From Convolutriloba macropyga (lineage: Eukaryota), in contig NC_134471.1 in the NCBI RefSeq assembly GCF_964194025.1, positions 42,842,001 through 42,906,000 of the forward strand: DNA of 64,000 bases. The letters run 5' to 3'. Both the position numbers and the translations under genes were made by a program. The notes beneath the pieces were generated by a model, which searched no databases, had not been told where the DNA came from, and saw only the letters and a list, made by a program, of their open reading frames with translations. Below are positions 13,097 through 25,160 of this stretch, piece after piece. The first letter of the stretch is position 1; each line of letters opens with the position of its first letter.

Positions 13097-16000
13097 GGAA
13101 CTGAGGTTTAGTTTCCCTCTAATGTTTAACTGTAAGCTGGAAAGTTTGTACGTAAATTGTAACTGATGGATTTTTCCCCTGTAATTTACAAAGCAATACA
13201 TTTAAAGTGCAAACTGTTGCCTATCTCCCGTCTGCTTCAATTCAAAGGTCTTAAAGCGTTCAGAATTTTTGAAGCCCGATACGACTGCACAGTTTTTCAA
13301 GAAATTAACGCTATAACCAGGTTCTTCATACTCTTTTATTACCAGGATAACCGGAATACTTCCCAAAAATTACCTAATTAATCAGATTCTGGTGCAGGAT
13401 ATTGGACGGATAAACGGGACACATGTTAGGAAATTAATAATTATCATGTTTTTTCCGGGTCACTAACCGGTATACTTCTTTCAAAAACATCAGAATAACC
13501 AGTTTTCGTCCAGAATAACCTAAATACTTTTCCTGAAATTACGAGTATAGCCATGTTTTTTTGGGTAGAATATTAGGGCATAGTTTTTGGAAATTTAGCA
13601 GGGCGGCATGGTTTTTTTCCGAGCCTGAAGAACAGTGGGATATTTTTCGGAAAACTATTAGGATTTCAAAATTTTTCAAGATCACAATTCTTCTGAATGT
13701 ACCGATATTGAATTCCATAGAGATATTTCGTTTTACTTGGCAAGATCGTTGTTTTTTATATTAAAAACGCCCAAAGGTGTCCTGATACTAAGGCATATGT
13801 ACTCGAAAAAATTTGAACATACAAAAAGAGTCTTTCAAAATGATAAATGTATAATTCAACAATTTATTGTAAACTGTGCCGACAGATAAACGGGTTACTT
13901 AATTGCTTAACGTTTCCGAATTTGTTTTCCCGCCCCGCAAAAACAAACGCTAAGGCTTCGGATGCATGGCGGCTTCTCATTTTTTTTTCATTTTTATAGG
14001 TTTAAGTTGTTTTCGCTGTATGAGTTACATTATTTTCTGATTGCAATCGCTAACTTTTTCCTACAAAAGACCTGTCGAAGATCCCGATTAACTTTTTATT
14101 TGCTCTTTACACTTTTGCATTAGTTCTTAATTAAATAGTACAAAACTTTAAAAGCCAGGTTGTTCAGGGACAAATGTTTTTTTAAGTACTAAAAAGCCTA
14201 CTTTATAAAAATATCCTGATCATTACTTTACGATACACAAGCATAAATCAAGTCACATTTTGTTTTCAATATTGAAACCATGAGGTTAGAATTTGTTCTG
14301 TAAAGACTTGATTAAGACTTGATTTTGTTTTTTTAGTGATTAATAAAACATTTGGTATTGTTCAAAACTGCAATGTGCCATTCCATCATCTATTCAATTA
14401 CCGAAATTCAAATTCCCGTCAGAAAATCCTCTTCAAATTCTTCCTCAAACTGCCATTTTTCAATTTCTTGGATAGCTTCATTTCTATTTATTCTAAATTT
14501 CAAATAAAAAAATTCATAGAAAACCTAATGAGCCTATGTCTTTCATTTATTTATTTTTCGCAACTCGGAACTTTTAATTCAGAGGGTGTTGTAGCCTAGA
14601 CAACTTTTTCTTTACAAAAATTTCCCTCCAGTAAGGGTTTTCTAAGCCTGAGCCAGCCAAAAAAAAATCGAAAGAATGTTATATGTTGTCAATGTTATTA
14701 CAACCTGCTCAATTTCAACAAAAAATTGGCTGTTTCATCCCGTGGCGTAAAATCTAGACGTGCGCTTGTAACAAAAGAAAGCTCAATTTTGCATTAAAGA
14801 AAGTTTTTTAAAACATATTTTGTCACCAAAATATGTTTTTGAGCATTCTGATAGAAATCAAAATTTCTAATGTTTTAAAAGCACGCCTAGGTTTTACGTT
14901 ACTGGACGAAAAAAACTGGTGTCGATCAGAGCACCAAAAGAACGCTCATACTCATTCGAAGATCAAGAAGACTCCCTTTGAAAAGGAGTCAATCCTCGAA
15001 TCCAAGCCGCTGACTAATGTTGCTGATCAGCCCGACACGGCGAACCATTTACTCGATTCACCTTCTCATCCAGCGTCATAGTAGACCAGCAGATGATCAA
15101 ACTGACCAGACAGCAACGAACAGACAGGAACTGAGGTTTAGTTTCCCTCTAATGTATAACTGTAAGCTGGAAAGTTTGCACGTAAATTGTAACTGATGGA
15201 TTTTTCCCCTGTAATTTTACAAAGCAATACATTTAAAGCGCAAACTGTTGCCTATCTCCCGTCTGCTTCAATTCAAAGGTCTTAAAGTGTTCAGAAGTTT
15301 TGAAGCCCGATACGACTGCACAGTATTTCAAGAAATTAACGCTATAACCAGGTTCTTCATACTCTTTTATTACCAGGATAACCGGAATACTTCCCAAAAA
15401 TTCCCTAAATAATCAGATTCTGGTGCAGGATATTGGACGGATAAACGGGACACATGTTAGGAAATTAACAATTATCATGTTTTTTCCGGGTCACTAACCG
15501 GTATACTTCTTTCAAAAACATCAGAATAACCAGTTTTTGTCCAGAATAACCTAAATAATTTTCCTGAAATTTCTGAGCCTATGTCTTTCATTTATTTATT
15601 TTTCGCAACTCGGAACTTTTAATTCAGAGGGTGTTGTAGCCTAGACAACTTTTTCTTTACAAAAATTTCCCTCCAGTAAGGGTTTTCTAAGCCTGAGCCA
15701 GCCAAAAAAAAAATCGAAAGAATGTTATATGTTGTCAATGTTATTACAACCTGCTCAATTTCAACAAAAAATTGGCTGTTTCATCCCGTGGCGTAAAATC
15801 TAGACGTGCGCTTGTAACAAAAGAAAGCTCAATTTTGCATTAAAGAAAGTTTTTTAAAACATATTTTGTCACCAAAATATGTTTTTGAGCATTCTGATAG
15901 AAATCAAAATTTCTAATGTTTTAAAAGCACGCCTAGGTTTTTCGTTACTGGACGAAAAAAACTGGTGTCGATCAGAGCACCAAAAGAACGCTCATACTCA

Positions 16001-17214
16001 TTCGAGGATCAAGAAGATTCCCTTTGAAAAGGAGTCAATCCTCGAATCCAAGCCGCTGACTAATGTTGCTGCTCAGCCCGACACGGCGAACCATTTACTC
16101 GATTCACCTTCTCATCCAGCGTCATTGTAGACCAGCAGATGATCAAACTGACCAGACAGCAACGAACAGACAGGAACTGAGGTTTAGTTTCCCTCTAATG
16201 TATAACTGTAAGCTGGAAAGTTTGCACGTAAATTGTAACTGATGGATTTTTCCCCTGTAATTTTACAAAGCAATACATTTAAAGCGCAAACTGTTGCCTA
16301 TCTCCCGTCTGCTTCAATTCAAAGGTCTTAAAGTGTTCAGAAGTTTCGAAGCCCGATACGACTGCACAGTATTTCAAGAAATTAACGCTATAACCAGGTT
16401 CTTCATACTCTTTTATTACCAGGATAACCGGAATACTTCCCAAAAATTCCCTAAATAATCAGATTCTGGTGCAGGATATTGGACGGATAAACGGGACACA
16501 TGTTAGGAAATTAACAATTATCATGTTTTTTCCGGGTCACTAACCGGTATACTTCTTTCAAAAACATCAGAATAACCAGTTTTTGTCCAGAATAACCTAA
16601 ATAATTTTCCTGAAATTTCTGAGCCTATGTCTTTCATTTATTTATTTTTCGCAACTCGGAACTTTTAATTCAGAGGGTGTTGTAGCCTAGACAACTTTTT
16701 CTTTACAAAAATTTCCCTCCAGTAAGGGTTTTCTAAGCCTGAGCCAGCCAAAAAAAAATCGAAAGAATGTTATATGTTGTCAATGTTATTACAACCTTCT
16801 CAATTTCAACAAAAAATTGGCTGTTTCATCCCGTGGCGTAAAATCTAGACGTGCGCTTGTAACAAAAGAAAGCTCAATTTTGCATTAAAGAAAGTTTTTT
16901 AAAACATATTTTGTCACCAAAATATGTTTTTGAGCATTCTGATAGAAATCAAAATTTCTAGTGTTTTAAAAGCACGCCTAGGTTTTACGTTACTGGACGA
17001 AAAAAACTGGTGTCGATCAGAGCACCAAAAGAACGCTCATACTCATTCGAGGATCAAGAAGACTCCCTTTGAAAAGGAGTCAATCCTCGAATCCAAGCCG
17101 CTGACTAATGTTGCTGATCAGCCCGACACGGCGAACCATTTACTCGATTCACCTTCTCATCCAGCGTCATTGTAGACCAGCAGATGATCAAACTGACCAG
17201 ACAGCAACGAACAG
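13097..17214. repeat. Recent tandem triplication: unit starts at 13097, 15127 and 16173 (period 1046 bp between copies 2 and 3)
   Basis: The units are near-identical and begin GGAACTGAGGTTTAGTTTCCC. The same 82-83 aa ORF recurs at 14833, 15879 and 16924. Copy 1 contains an extra ~990 bp (13541-14528) that copies 2 and 3 lack. Confidence 0.97.
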
Positions 17215-18691
17215 TCTATTAACATCCTTGGGTATTGAATGACCAAACACCAAGAGTCACTTGGCCCCTGGGAAGAGGCATGGAGGCAACAATATGAATA
17301 AATGGAGAAACAAGAGTCAAAGGTAAACACGGCTTGCGGGACATACGTTAGCCCCGTTTCATTACACGCGTTTTTCTCCAGTTTTTGTTCGATTGATGTT
17401 TTCACTCTGTTATTAGGCAATGTGAGATACCTCCCTTTTCCCCCTATTGGATGTACTGATGATGTTGACGAAATCAAAGACTTAAGTTTCAGAGCTAAAT
17501 TCAAAGAAGATAACTAACGACTTCAATCAATTGATGCCTCAGAAAGCCCTGATGTCCCTTTGTTCCCCTGCAGCATGTTGCCGATGTTATTGCAACAAGG
17601 TTTCTGAAAACTTAATGATGATATTTCTAAAACCTGCCAAACTCCAAGAAGACATTTGACTTTTTTCCAGTGACGTAAAACCTAAAGAGCCTTATTCTGG
17701 GCAGCAAGAGAGCTTATATATTAACAGTTTAGCTGTCTGTCGCACCGTTTAGCATGCTTAAACTTCATAAAGAGTTTTTGAAATCTTTCATCCAAATTTT
17801 TCTTTGAGCAAAAAAATCAAAAAGATGGATGCTGCTTCCCCCAAGGCCGTTTAATTACATCACTTTGTTATCTCTCTGGAAACACTATTGGTGAACCAGA
17901 ATAGACCTCCATATGTACTTAAAGTTCACATATGTGAATGTAGGAGATTTCTTTTCTATCTGTGATTCCATTACGTTTCTAATGTGAGGAAACTAGCCAG
18001 GAACAACTTTGTGTGCAGGAACTAAGCTCATGCAAGAAAATTCGGAGATAAAAATAAATTCATACAAGTTACAAACAGGAGAACTTAACTTCGAAAGAGG
18101 AATAAAATTAAAACATTAACCAAAATATGCGTTCCATTTATGATCTTTACAAGGTAATATAACAAGGAAATACAACAAATTAGGCAACGAAGCAGTTTGT
18201 TTTTAGCATCAATTGCGTAGCTTAGTTCAATGTTTTATGTACAGTTATCTTCGATCGACTTTATAAACTCATGGAGCGATCACAATTAAAAGAGTCCACC
18301 GCATGACTCATTTCAACTTAGGAAAAAACTGTTGAAGAGTTCAATAATCTGACGATAAAGAAGTTTCCGGGACAGCTCTTTTGCGGGTCAAAAATATCAT
18401 TGCATTTTTGGAAATATTTGAGCCGAAAATACACTACAATTAACTGGGGCAAGAACATATTGCTTGGCAAAGGGGCCATTCACATCTAAACAAGAGCCAT
18501 TTTTGGAGCATTAAATAAGCAGTCACTTTAAAACTAAGTTTTAAATTTCATTCAGCCAGTTGGTTGACTTGGCTTTGAGACTAGAGCAATATGTCAGCGA
18601 GTATTTCGAGGCACTTGAAGAGAACCGTGACGAATATCTCGACAGTCCCCCCTTTGCTATCCCTGTCCGAGTTGTGGTCTGGTCCCAGTGA
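16924..18691 (+). pseudogene. Unidentified intron-containing host pseudogene fragment (putative exons ...-17322, 17417-17599, 18560-18691)
   Basis: Phase-0 compatible splice sites: AAG|GTAAAC at 17323, TTAG|GCA at 17417, AAG|GT at 17600, CCAG|TTG at 18560. The joined frame reads MTKHQESLGPWEEAWRQQYE*MEKQESK|AM*DTSLFPLLDVLMMLTKSKT*VSELNSKKITNDFNQLMPQKALMSLCSPAACCRCYCNK|LVDLALRLEQYVSEYFEALEENRDEYLDSPPFAIPVRVVVWSQ*. Family not recognised. Confidence 0.4.
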
Positions 18692-19445
18692 CTCCTCCTC
18701 CTCCCTGTTCTCAGTCTCCAGAAATCCATCTACCTCCTCAAACATTCACAACAGATTGATTCGATGACGTGATTATCGCCTCGCTTATGAGAAATGTTCT
18801 CAGCTAAACTTTTCTCTTGCATCAGAAAAAGTTTAAGAGATCGAGCAATCAATCTGTTCGGATGTCGAAAACGAGGCCTAAAGATTACCTTGAAAACTCA
18901 TCGAGAGAGAATTACTCTACTCAATCCAAAAAAGTATTTGAGCACAGCAAACGTGATTGCAATCTTGGAATGAACCTCCATAAAATAGATGAAGAAACTT
19001 ATTTACTTCAAATCTGCTGTGGTAAATTAGAACTTTAAGGCCCAAACTAACCGTAAGTTCAAATTATTTTTCTTTTGTAAATGAAGAGAAGCGGCCCAGA
19101 AAATAAAGTTTACTATATCTAAGAGTACTTACAGTGTTACCAGATTCGGGGTAACAACATAACTTCTATAGTAACAGTTTAGTTATATGTTGTGCCGTTT
19201 CGCATCGCTTAAATTTCATAAAGTTTTTGGTCAAAATTGGAATTAATTTCCTTGGCCCCGTCAAAATAAGAGTATCTATTATTGCTACTTTAGACCCTTT
19301 TAATGGTAAATATGCAATTTAATGTCCAACCCCGTAATAAATAAGGCTAAATTAAACAAACATTTTCAATGTAAAACGCGCATTAATTTGTTCACACATG
19401 CTCAAAAAAAAATTCACCATGAGGAAAAGGCGCAATGTATCCCTA

Positions 19446-19530
19446 ATTAACTTTGAACGTAAAAATTTCTGATCTTAGTTTTATTGTACTTCGAGAACTA
19501 AGATCAGAAAGTTTTACATGTGAAGTTAAT
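19446..19530. repeat. Imperfect inverted repeat (hairpin, ~37-bp arms)
   Basis: attaactt..gtaaaaatttctgatcttagtt pairs with aactaagatcagaaagttttac..aagttaat around a short loop. Confidence 0.85.
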
Positions 19531-19831
19531 CTGTAGAGGACAGACAGATCTTTAAAGTAGAATTTGAGCTGCGAATTTTTTTCTATAGTAGTGAGATCTT
19601 GAATATAAATGGTCTATAATGAGTAAGAAACAGCATGCAAAATTACTGTTTGCATATCAATTGTCAAAACGTTTACTATCTGACAAATCAGCCAATGGAG
19701 ATTAAAAAATAGGTTGGCGCACACGTATGCTTTTGAGGAAAAAATTTCAAATAGTTTCTTTAAGTTAAACAAAGATAAATTCAATCCTCCATGCCCATCT
19801 TCCCACTGCTGATAACCGGACATTTCAGGTC

Positions 19832-20031
19832 NNNNNNNNNNNNNNNNNNNNNNNNNNNNNNNNNNNNNNNNNNNNNNNNNNNNNNNNNNNNNNNNNNNNN
19901 NNNNNNNNNNNNNNNNNNNNNNNNNNNNNNNNNNNNNNNNNNNNNNNNNNNNNNNNNNNNNNNNNNNNNNNNNNNNNNNNNNNNNNNNNNNNNNNNNNNN
20001 NNNNNNNNNNNNNNNNNNNNNNNNNNNNNNN
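19832..20031. other. Assembly gap (200 N)
   Basis: Run of N. ORFs spanning it are artefacts, and contiguity across it is not guaranteed. Confidence 1.
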
Positions 20032-20430
20032 ACTGCCCTGTCGTACAATTTTACAGTCGTGTTCTCCTTTTGGAAGCAACGCCCATCAAACAGCTCAACA
20101 ATTTAAATTCAAGACAAAAAACTATTGGAAAAACAGCGGACATAGGCAAGAGAACCAATATTTGCTTCTGGTGCCCAAAAATGCTTTAAAACGTTCTTAT
20201 ATTTGAAAAAAAAAACATTTGAACCTAAAATGCCCCAAGCGCTATAATCCACTTTGACCTACGGTTAAAATAAAAACTGCTTTGAAAATGCAGCAAGTGA
20301 GTGAAATTTTGCTGAATAGCAAATTTTTCCACGCTTAATTTTCTAGCTCCCTCTAAAAACCGTGTATAAATGAAAACCACTCTTTCTCTATACTTTTGAC
20401 TTTTGCTCATCTCATTCTGACTTTCGACAT

Positions 20431-20505
20431 CTCAGTACATGTCTCACTGATTTTCATGTCTCGTTGATCTGTTGACCACGAGACATGAAAATCAGTATTA
20501 CTGAG
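20431..20505. repeat. Inverted repeat (19-bp perfect arms plus outer 7-bp stem)
   Basis: actgattttcatgtctcgt (20446) pairs with acgagacatgaaaatcagt (ends 20496). The outer pair is ctcagta / tactgag. Confidence 0.9.
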
Positions 20506-21098
20506 TATGCTTACGCAAAAGAATCCTGGAATGCACAAAATTTAGAAAGGAAATATAACCGACGGGCAAATGGCTCTCAAATAACAGACAAACGGTGGTA
20601 CCCAGCTGGGGCTTAGATATGATATCAAGGGGTGTCAAGTTTGGTGCGCTGGACAAGAGGGGGTCCAAACCACCAGGCGGAGGAGGGTGGACCGAGGGTG
20701 TTGGTATGGGGGCGGGTGGGGTGTATGAGGGGGTAAAACTTTAAGATAAAGCACCGCCCTTCGCACCGTGAAAATTAAGAAGGAAAATTATATTAACTAT
20801 AGCGTAGTTTAAACAAATTTATTTTTGGTTTTGATCAACGTCCAAAAAAAATTAAATCAAGCCTTCAAGGTCCGATGATAACAATTGCTAAACACAACTT
20901 TACTGCACAACGTCAATTTTCCACTTTTCTGCATTAAACACGCGCAGGTTAAACTGAATTCCTCCATTTGGATAACTTGTAGCTCCCTGCTGATGGATGA
21001 GGACAAAAAACTAGTAAAAAATTAATTGAAGTCCCACTCAATGGGTGACATTTAAACAAGAAAGGGCTCCCCTTTCATAAAGTGAGTCCGATATCACT

Positions 21099-23774
21099 TC
21101 AGATTAGTGAGTTTTTAAACCAGACTTTCTTGACCCTCTCATTGGGCATAGCGGCGTAATTGGATGCGACAGTCCGCATCATTTCGGGCTCATAATCGCG
21201 AATCTCTTCATTGTAGCTGAGCCACGCATGGCACTTAATGACACCGCTTGAGTGACGCGATTGAAGGATACTGATAGCCCTGAGGGCTGGAAACCTCTTG
21301 TCAGATAAAAGAGCTATTCTTTTCAATGTTTTCCGCGTTGTTTCGGATAGTCCGCCGAAAGTTTCTAACGCCAATGGTGTGAAGTGTTGGATGCCCATAT
21401 CGCTGCACTTCTGGTAATATTGCCCAATCTTTCTGTCTTGCGCTAGGGTTAGAGCAAAACCATATGTCCTCACCTCATCTGAGATAAGACTGGCTTGCAG
21501 TGGGGACGTAATGGTGATGTCTAGAGCTGCGGGTTGTCCAGCTATAAAACTGGACAAATACACGTCACCTGGTCTTGATTTTGTTTTCCGGCAGAAGATG
21601 GGTTTGCTCATATACAGGGGAAAGATTGACCGACGCACAAGCTGCCATTATTGTGTCTCGTAATCTGTCATGGCGAGAGATAATATCGCCCCACGCCCGT
21701 GACATGAAACGGAATGATCTCCAAATATGTCCAAGTTAGCTGACTTAAAATATGGACATCTCCTTTCCGAATCAAAGAGTGGAATTCCTAAACGGTATTT
21801 CAGAGCGACTCGGAACTCGTTAGGTTGAAGGTGTACGCCAAGAGCAGAGACAGGTGCTGCAGTCAACCAAGCTCCCGATTGAGGTAGGGAACGAGATAAC
21901 AGTCTAGCTTTTTCTCTGGTGGAATTTTGACCTTCAAGAAGGTTGCTTAGAGCCATATTGTCAAATTTTTCTTGAATTTTCTGTTGCGTCAAATGAGGAA
22001 TACCCAAAGTGCTAAACTCCTTCACTAAATCTGTGAAACTACTTTCGTGAGTTGCGTTCACTCCAGAAACTTGTTCTACTATGTTTGCTGACCGAGATAA
22101 AGAACCAACACAAGCAGCTTTTAATTGATTCAGAGAACGTCGAACACAAGCTCCTGTTTCGCTTATTGGCAGGCATGCTTGGTCCCATGAATTATGGCTG
22201 ATTACAGAATTCAAGACATTTTCAAAAGTTGTTCGTTGGAGATGATCAAATTTTTCAACTATTTTGTTACTCTCAGGGGACGGAGTGTTGCATTACAATA
22301 AACACACCTCTTTAGGTGCACCCAGACAGCTACGCAAAAATCCAAGAGTGCACTGAGGGTCCTCTAAATAGCCTTGATTGTCCAAAACTTTCTCGAGTTT
22401 TTTTAACCCCTTTTTCAAAAAAAAGATGCAACAAAAGCGGGTATTCAGATTGCTGCGCTCAAGATTTCGATTCTTCATTGGCTGTTTCTCTTTATCCTGA
22501 AATCACTAGCCTTAAAACACGTGGTGGACTACAACTCGCACTTGTCTTTTCTGAGTTCAAGGCCACATTTGTTACCATGAGTTGATAGAATTTGTAATGA
22601 TTCACAAAGCTCCTCTTCCGTTCCTACTATAATTCCTTCATCAAGGTACCAAGAATTCTGCATAACATTTGGTAACTTATTGTCGAGTTCTTTGATAATA
22701 GGCCATAGTGCTAAAGAAAACAGTAAGGGCCCCAGAGAGTCTCATTTTTGGACTCCTGATTGACTTTGAATGTGAGTTGCATTAAAAAAGAGCTTGTTAT
22801 GCTGAGAATAGCAAAAAATGCAAAAAGGGGTAAAAATGGGAATGAAATTTTGCAATGCATCTAGTACACTGCTTCTCGTAATGGAATTGAAAGCATTTTT
22901 GAAGTCGATTTGAAGTAGGCCCACTTTTTCGTTGTTCAATAACTTTTGAAAAGTTGTCTGGATGAAAAAAGTTCAACAGCCTCAGAACTGGCCATTTGCG
23001 CAATACATTTGGCTATCAGACGTCAAAAAACTTCTCCTACGGCGATTGGTCGTTTACCTACTTTTGTCTTTTTCAGCGCTGTAAGCGAAGCAGAGCAATA
23101 AGTTGGAGCGAAACTGGGGAGCTGCCCTTTGCTAGCCAAACTTACCAGTTCTGTGATGCTTGAAAGATTTTTTCACTGATCGCGGGCTGCGCACGTTACG
23201 GCATGTAGAAGGTGCTCAGTGTACATTTTGGATGGACTGGCTGCTGTGAAGTTTAAGATAGCAATTTTTTAAACACATATGCTTCGTTAAACTGATAAGC
23301 ATAACCGTCCGTTTCACGCAGTGGAACTTCTGATGGGTGCATGTCCAACAACTGTTTCAGCGTTTTTTTTTATTATCAGGGGCCACTCCATCCAAAGACA
23401 AGCTTTTTAGTGCACGTCCAAATTGGCCTTGAAGGCAGAGATTTTGCACGTTCTGCAAAAAACGATTCCATTGAGTCATGATTTATTTCCTTGGCTTGTT
23501 TCATTGAGGCAGCTTTGAACCATAGCCCCGCATAGTCGCCATTCTTCCAGTCTCAAATCTACTTAAAATGAGCCGTTCTTGTTGCTGCTTGGCAAAGAGT
23601 TTTCTCCAATTTTCGGGGGAACTTGGTTGAGAAACACAGCCCTCAATGATAGGTGTTAGCAATTCGGACCATCTTAGCCAAAACTTGACAGGAATAAAGC
23701 AGAGTGTAGGCAATTTTTTCTTGCAAATCGTTTCATGGTCTGGGAGGGCGTTTAGGTCCAAATTTGCTGTGTTT
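21099..23774 (-). mobile_element. CRE-clade non-LTR retrotransposon, copy A (RT, CCHC finger, restriction-like endonuclease), decayed
   Basis: RLE motifs RPGDVY…PAALDITITSPLQ…K…FTPLALETFG (ORF 21099-21638). SLPQSGAWLTAAP…EFRVALKYRLG…RCPY..LDIFGDHSVSC (ORF 21648-22214). RT LLQIDFKNAFNSI, QSGVQ, WYLDEG. These are the domain signatures of CRE-like RLE elements. Confidence 0.88.
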
Positions 23775-25160
23775 CTCTTTATCCTGAAATCACCAGTTTA
23801 AAACACGTGGTGGACCACAACTCGCACTTGTCTCTTCTGAGTTCAAGGCCACACATGGTACCATGAGTTGATAGAATTTGTAATGATTCACAAATCTCTT
23901 CCGTTCTTACTATAATTCCATCGTCAAGGTACCAAGAATTCTGCATAAAATTTGGTAACTTATTCTCAAGTTCATTGATAATAGGCCAAAGTATTAAAGA
24001 AAACAGTAAGGGCCCCAGCGGGTCTCATTGTTGGACTCCTGATTAACTTTGAATGTGAGTTGAATTAAAAAAGAGCTTGTTATGCTAAGAATAGCAAAAA
24101 AAGCAAAAGAGGCAAAAGCGGGAATGAATTTTTGACCTGCATCTAGCACACTGTTTCTCGTAATGGAATTCAACGCATTTTTGAAGTCGATTTGAAGTAG
24201 GCCCACTTTTTCGTTGTTCAATAACTTTTGAAAAGTTGTCTGGATGAAAAAAGTTCAACAGCCTCAGAACTGGCCATTTGCGCAATACATTTGGCTATCA
24301 GACGCCAAAAAACTTCTCCTACCGCGATTGACCGATTATCTACTTTTGTCTTTTTCAGCGCTGTAAGCGAAGCACAGCAAAAAGTTGGAGCGAAACTGGG
24401 GAGCTGCCCTTTGCTAGCCAAACTTACCAGTTTTGTGATGCTTGAAACAATTTTTTCACTGATCGCGGACTGCGCACGTTACGGCATGTAGAAGGTGCTC
24501 AGTGTACATTTTGGATGGACCGGCTGCTGTGAAGTTTAAGATAGCAATTTTTTAAACACATATGCTTCGTTAAACTGATAAGCATAACTACTGTAACCGT
24601 CAGTTTCACGCGGTGGAACTTCTGCTGGGTGCATGTCCAACAACTGTTTCAGCGTTTTTTTTATTATCAGGGGCCACTCCATCCAAAGACAAGCTTTTTG
24701 CTGCACGTCCAAATTGGCCTTGAAGGCAGAGATTTTGCACGTTCTGCAAAAAGCGATTCCATTGAGTCATGATTTAATTGCAGCTGCTTGTGTTTCTTCC
24801 CCCTCTGTTGCTAGCGCGCAGAACACACTTGCTTATTGCAAAGAGTTTTTTTCCAATTTTCGGGGGAACTTGGTTGAGAAACAGCCCTCAAGGATAGGTG
24901 TTAGCAATTCGGACCATCTTAGCCGAAACTTGACAGGAATAAAGCAGAGTGTAGGCAATTTTTTCTTGCAAATCGTTTCATGGTCTGGGAGGGCGTTTAG
25001 GTTCAAATTTGCTGTGTTTTGAGAGGCGTTACTTTCGGCAATTTCTTCGCTTTTTGTGGCAGAGAATAGCTCGTCAATGCGGGCTGCACCCGCCCCATGA
25101 AATTGTCTTCTCAAAACAGTTTTGATGAATCGCATTCTTACAGACTGCTTAGGCTCTAAG
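23770..25160 (-). mobile_element. CRE-clade element, partial copy B (N-terminus and RT)
   Basis: Duplicate of 22483-23774 plus the N-terminal region. WYLDDG is intact (~23917-23935). LPTLCFIPVKFRLRW…RASNRG N-terminal motifs present. Junction microhomology TGTTT at 23770-23774. Confidence 0.88.

Noticed and set aside
14833-16130. Repeated 82-83 aa ORF as a multicopy small gene
   Set aside because: The repetition is explained by the tandem triplication, and the N-terminal half looks like AT-rich non-coding sequence.
19614-20189. Three ORFs of 84-144 aa in the track
   Set aside because: They span the 200-N gap and are artefacts.
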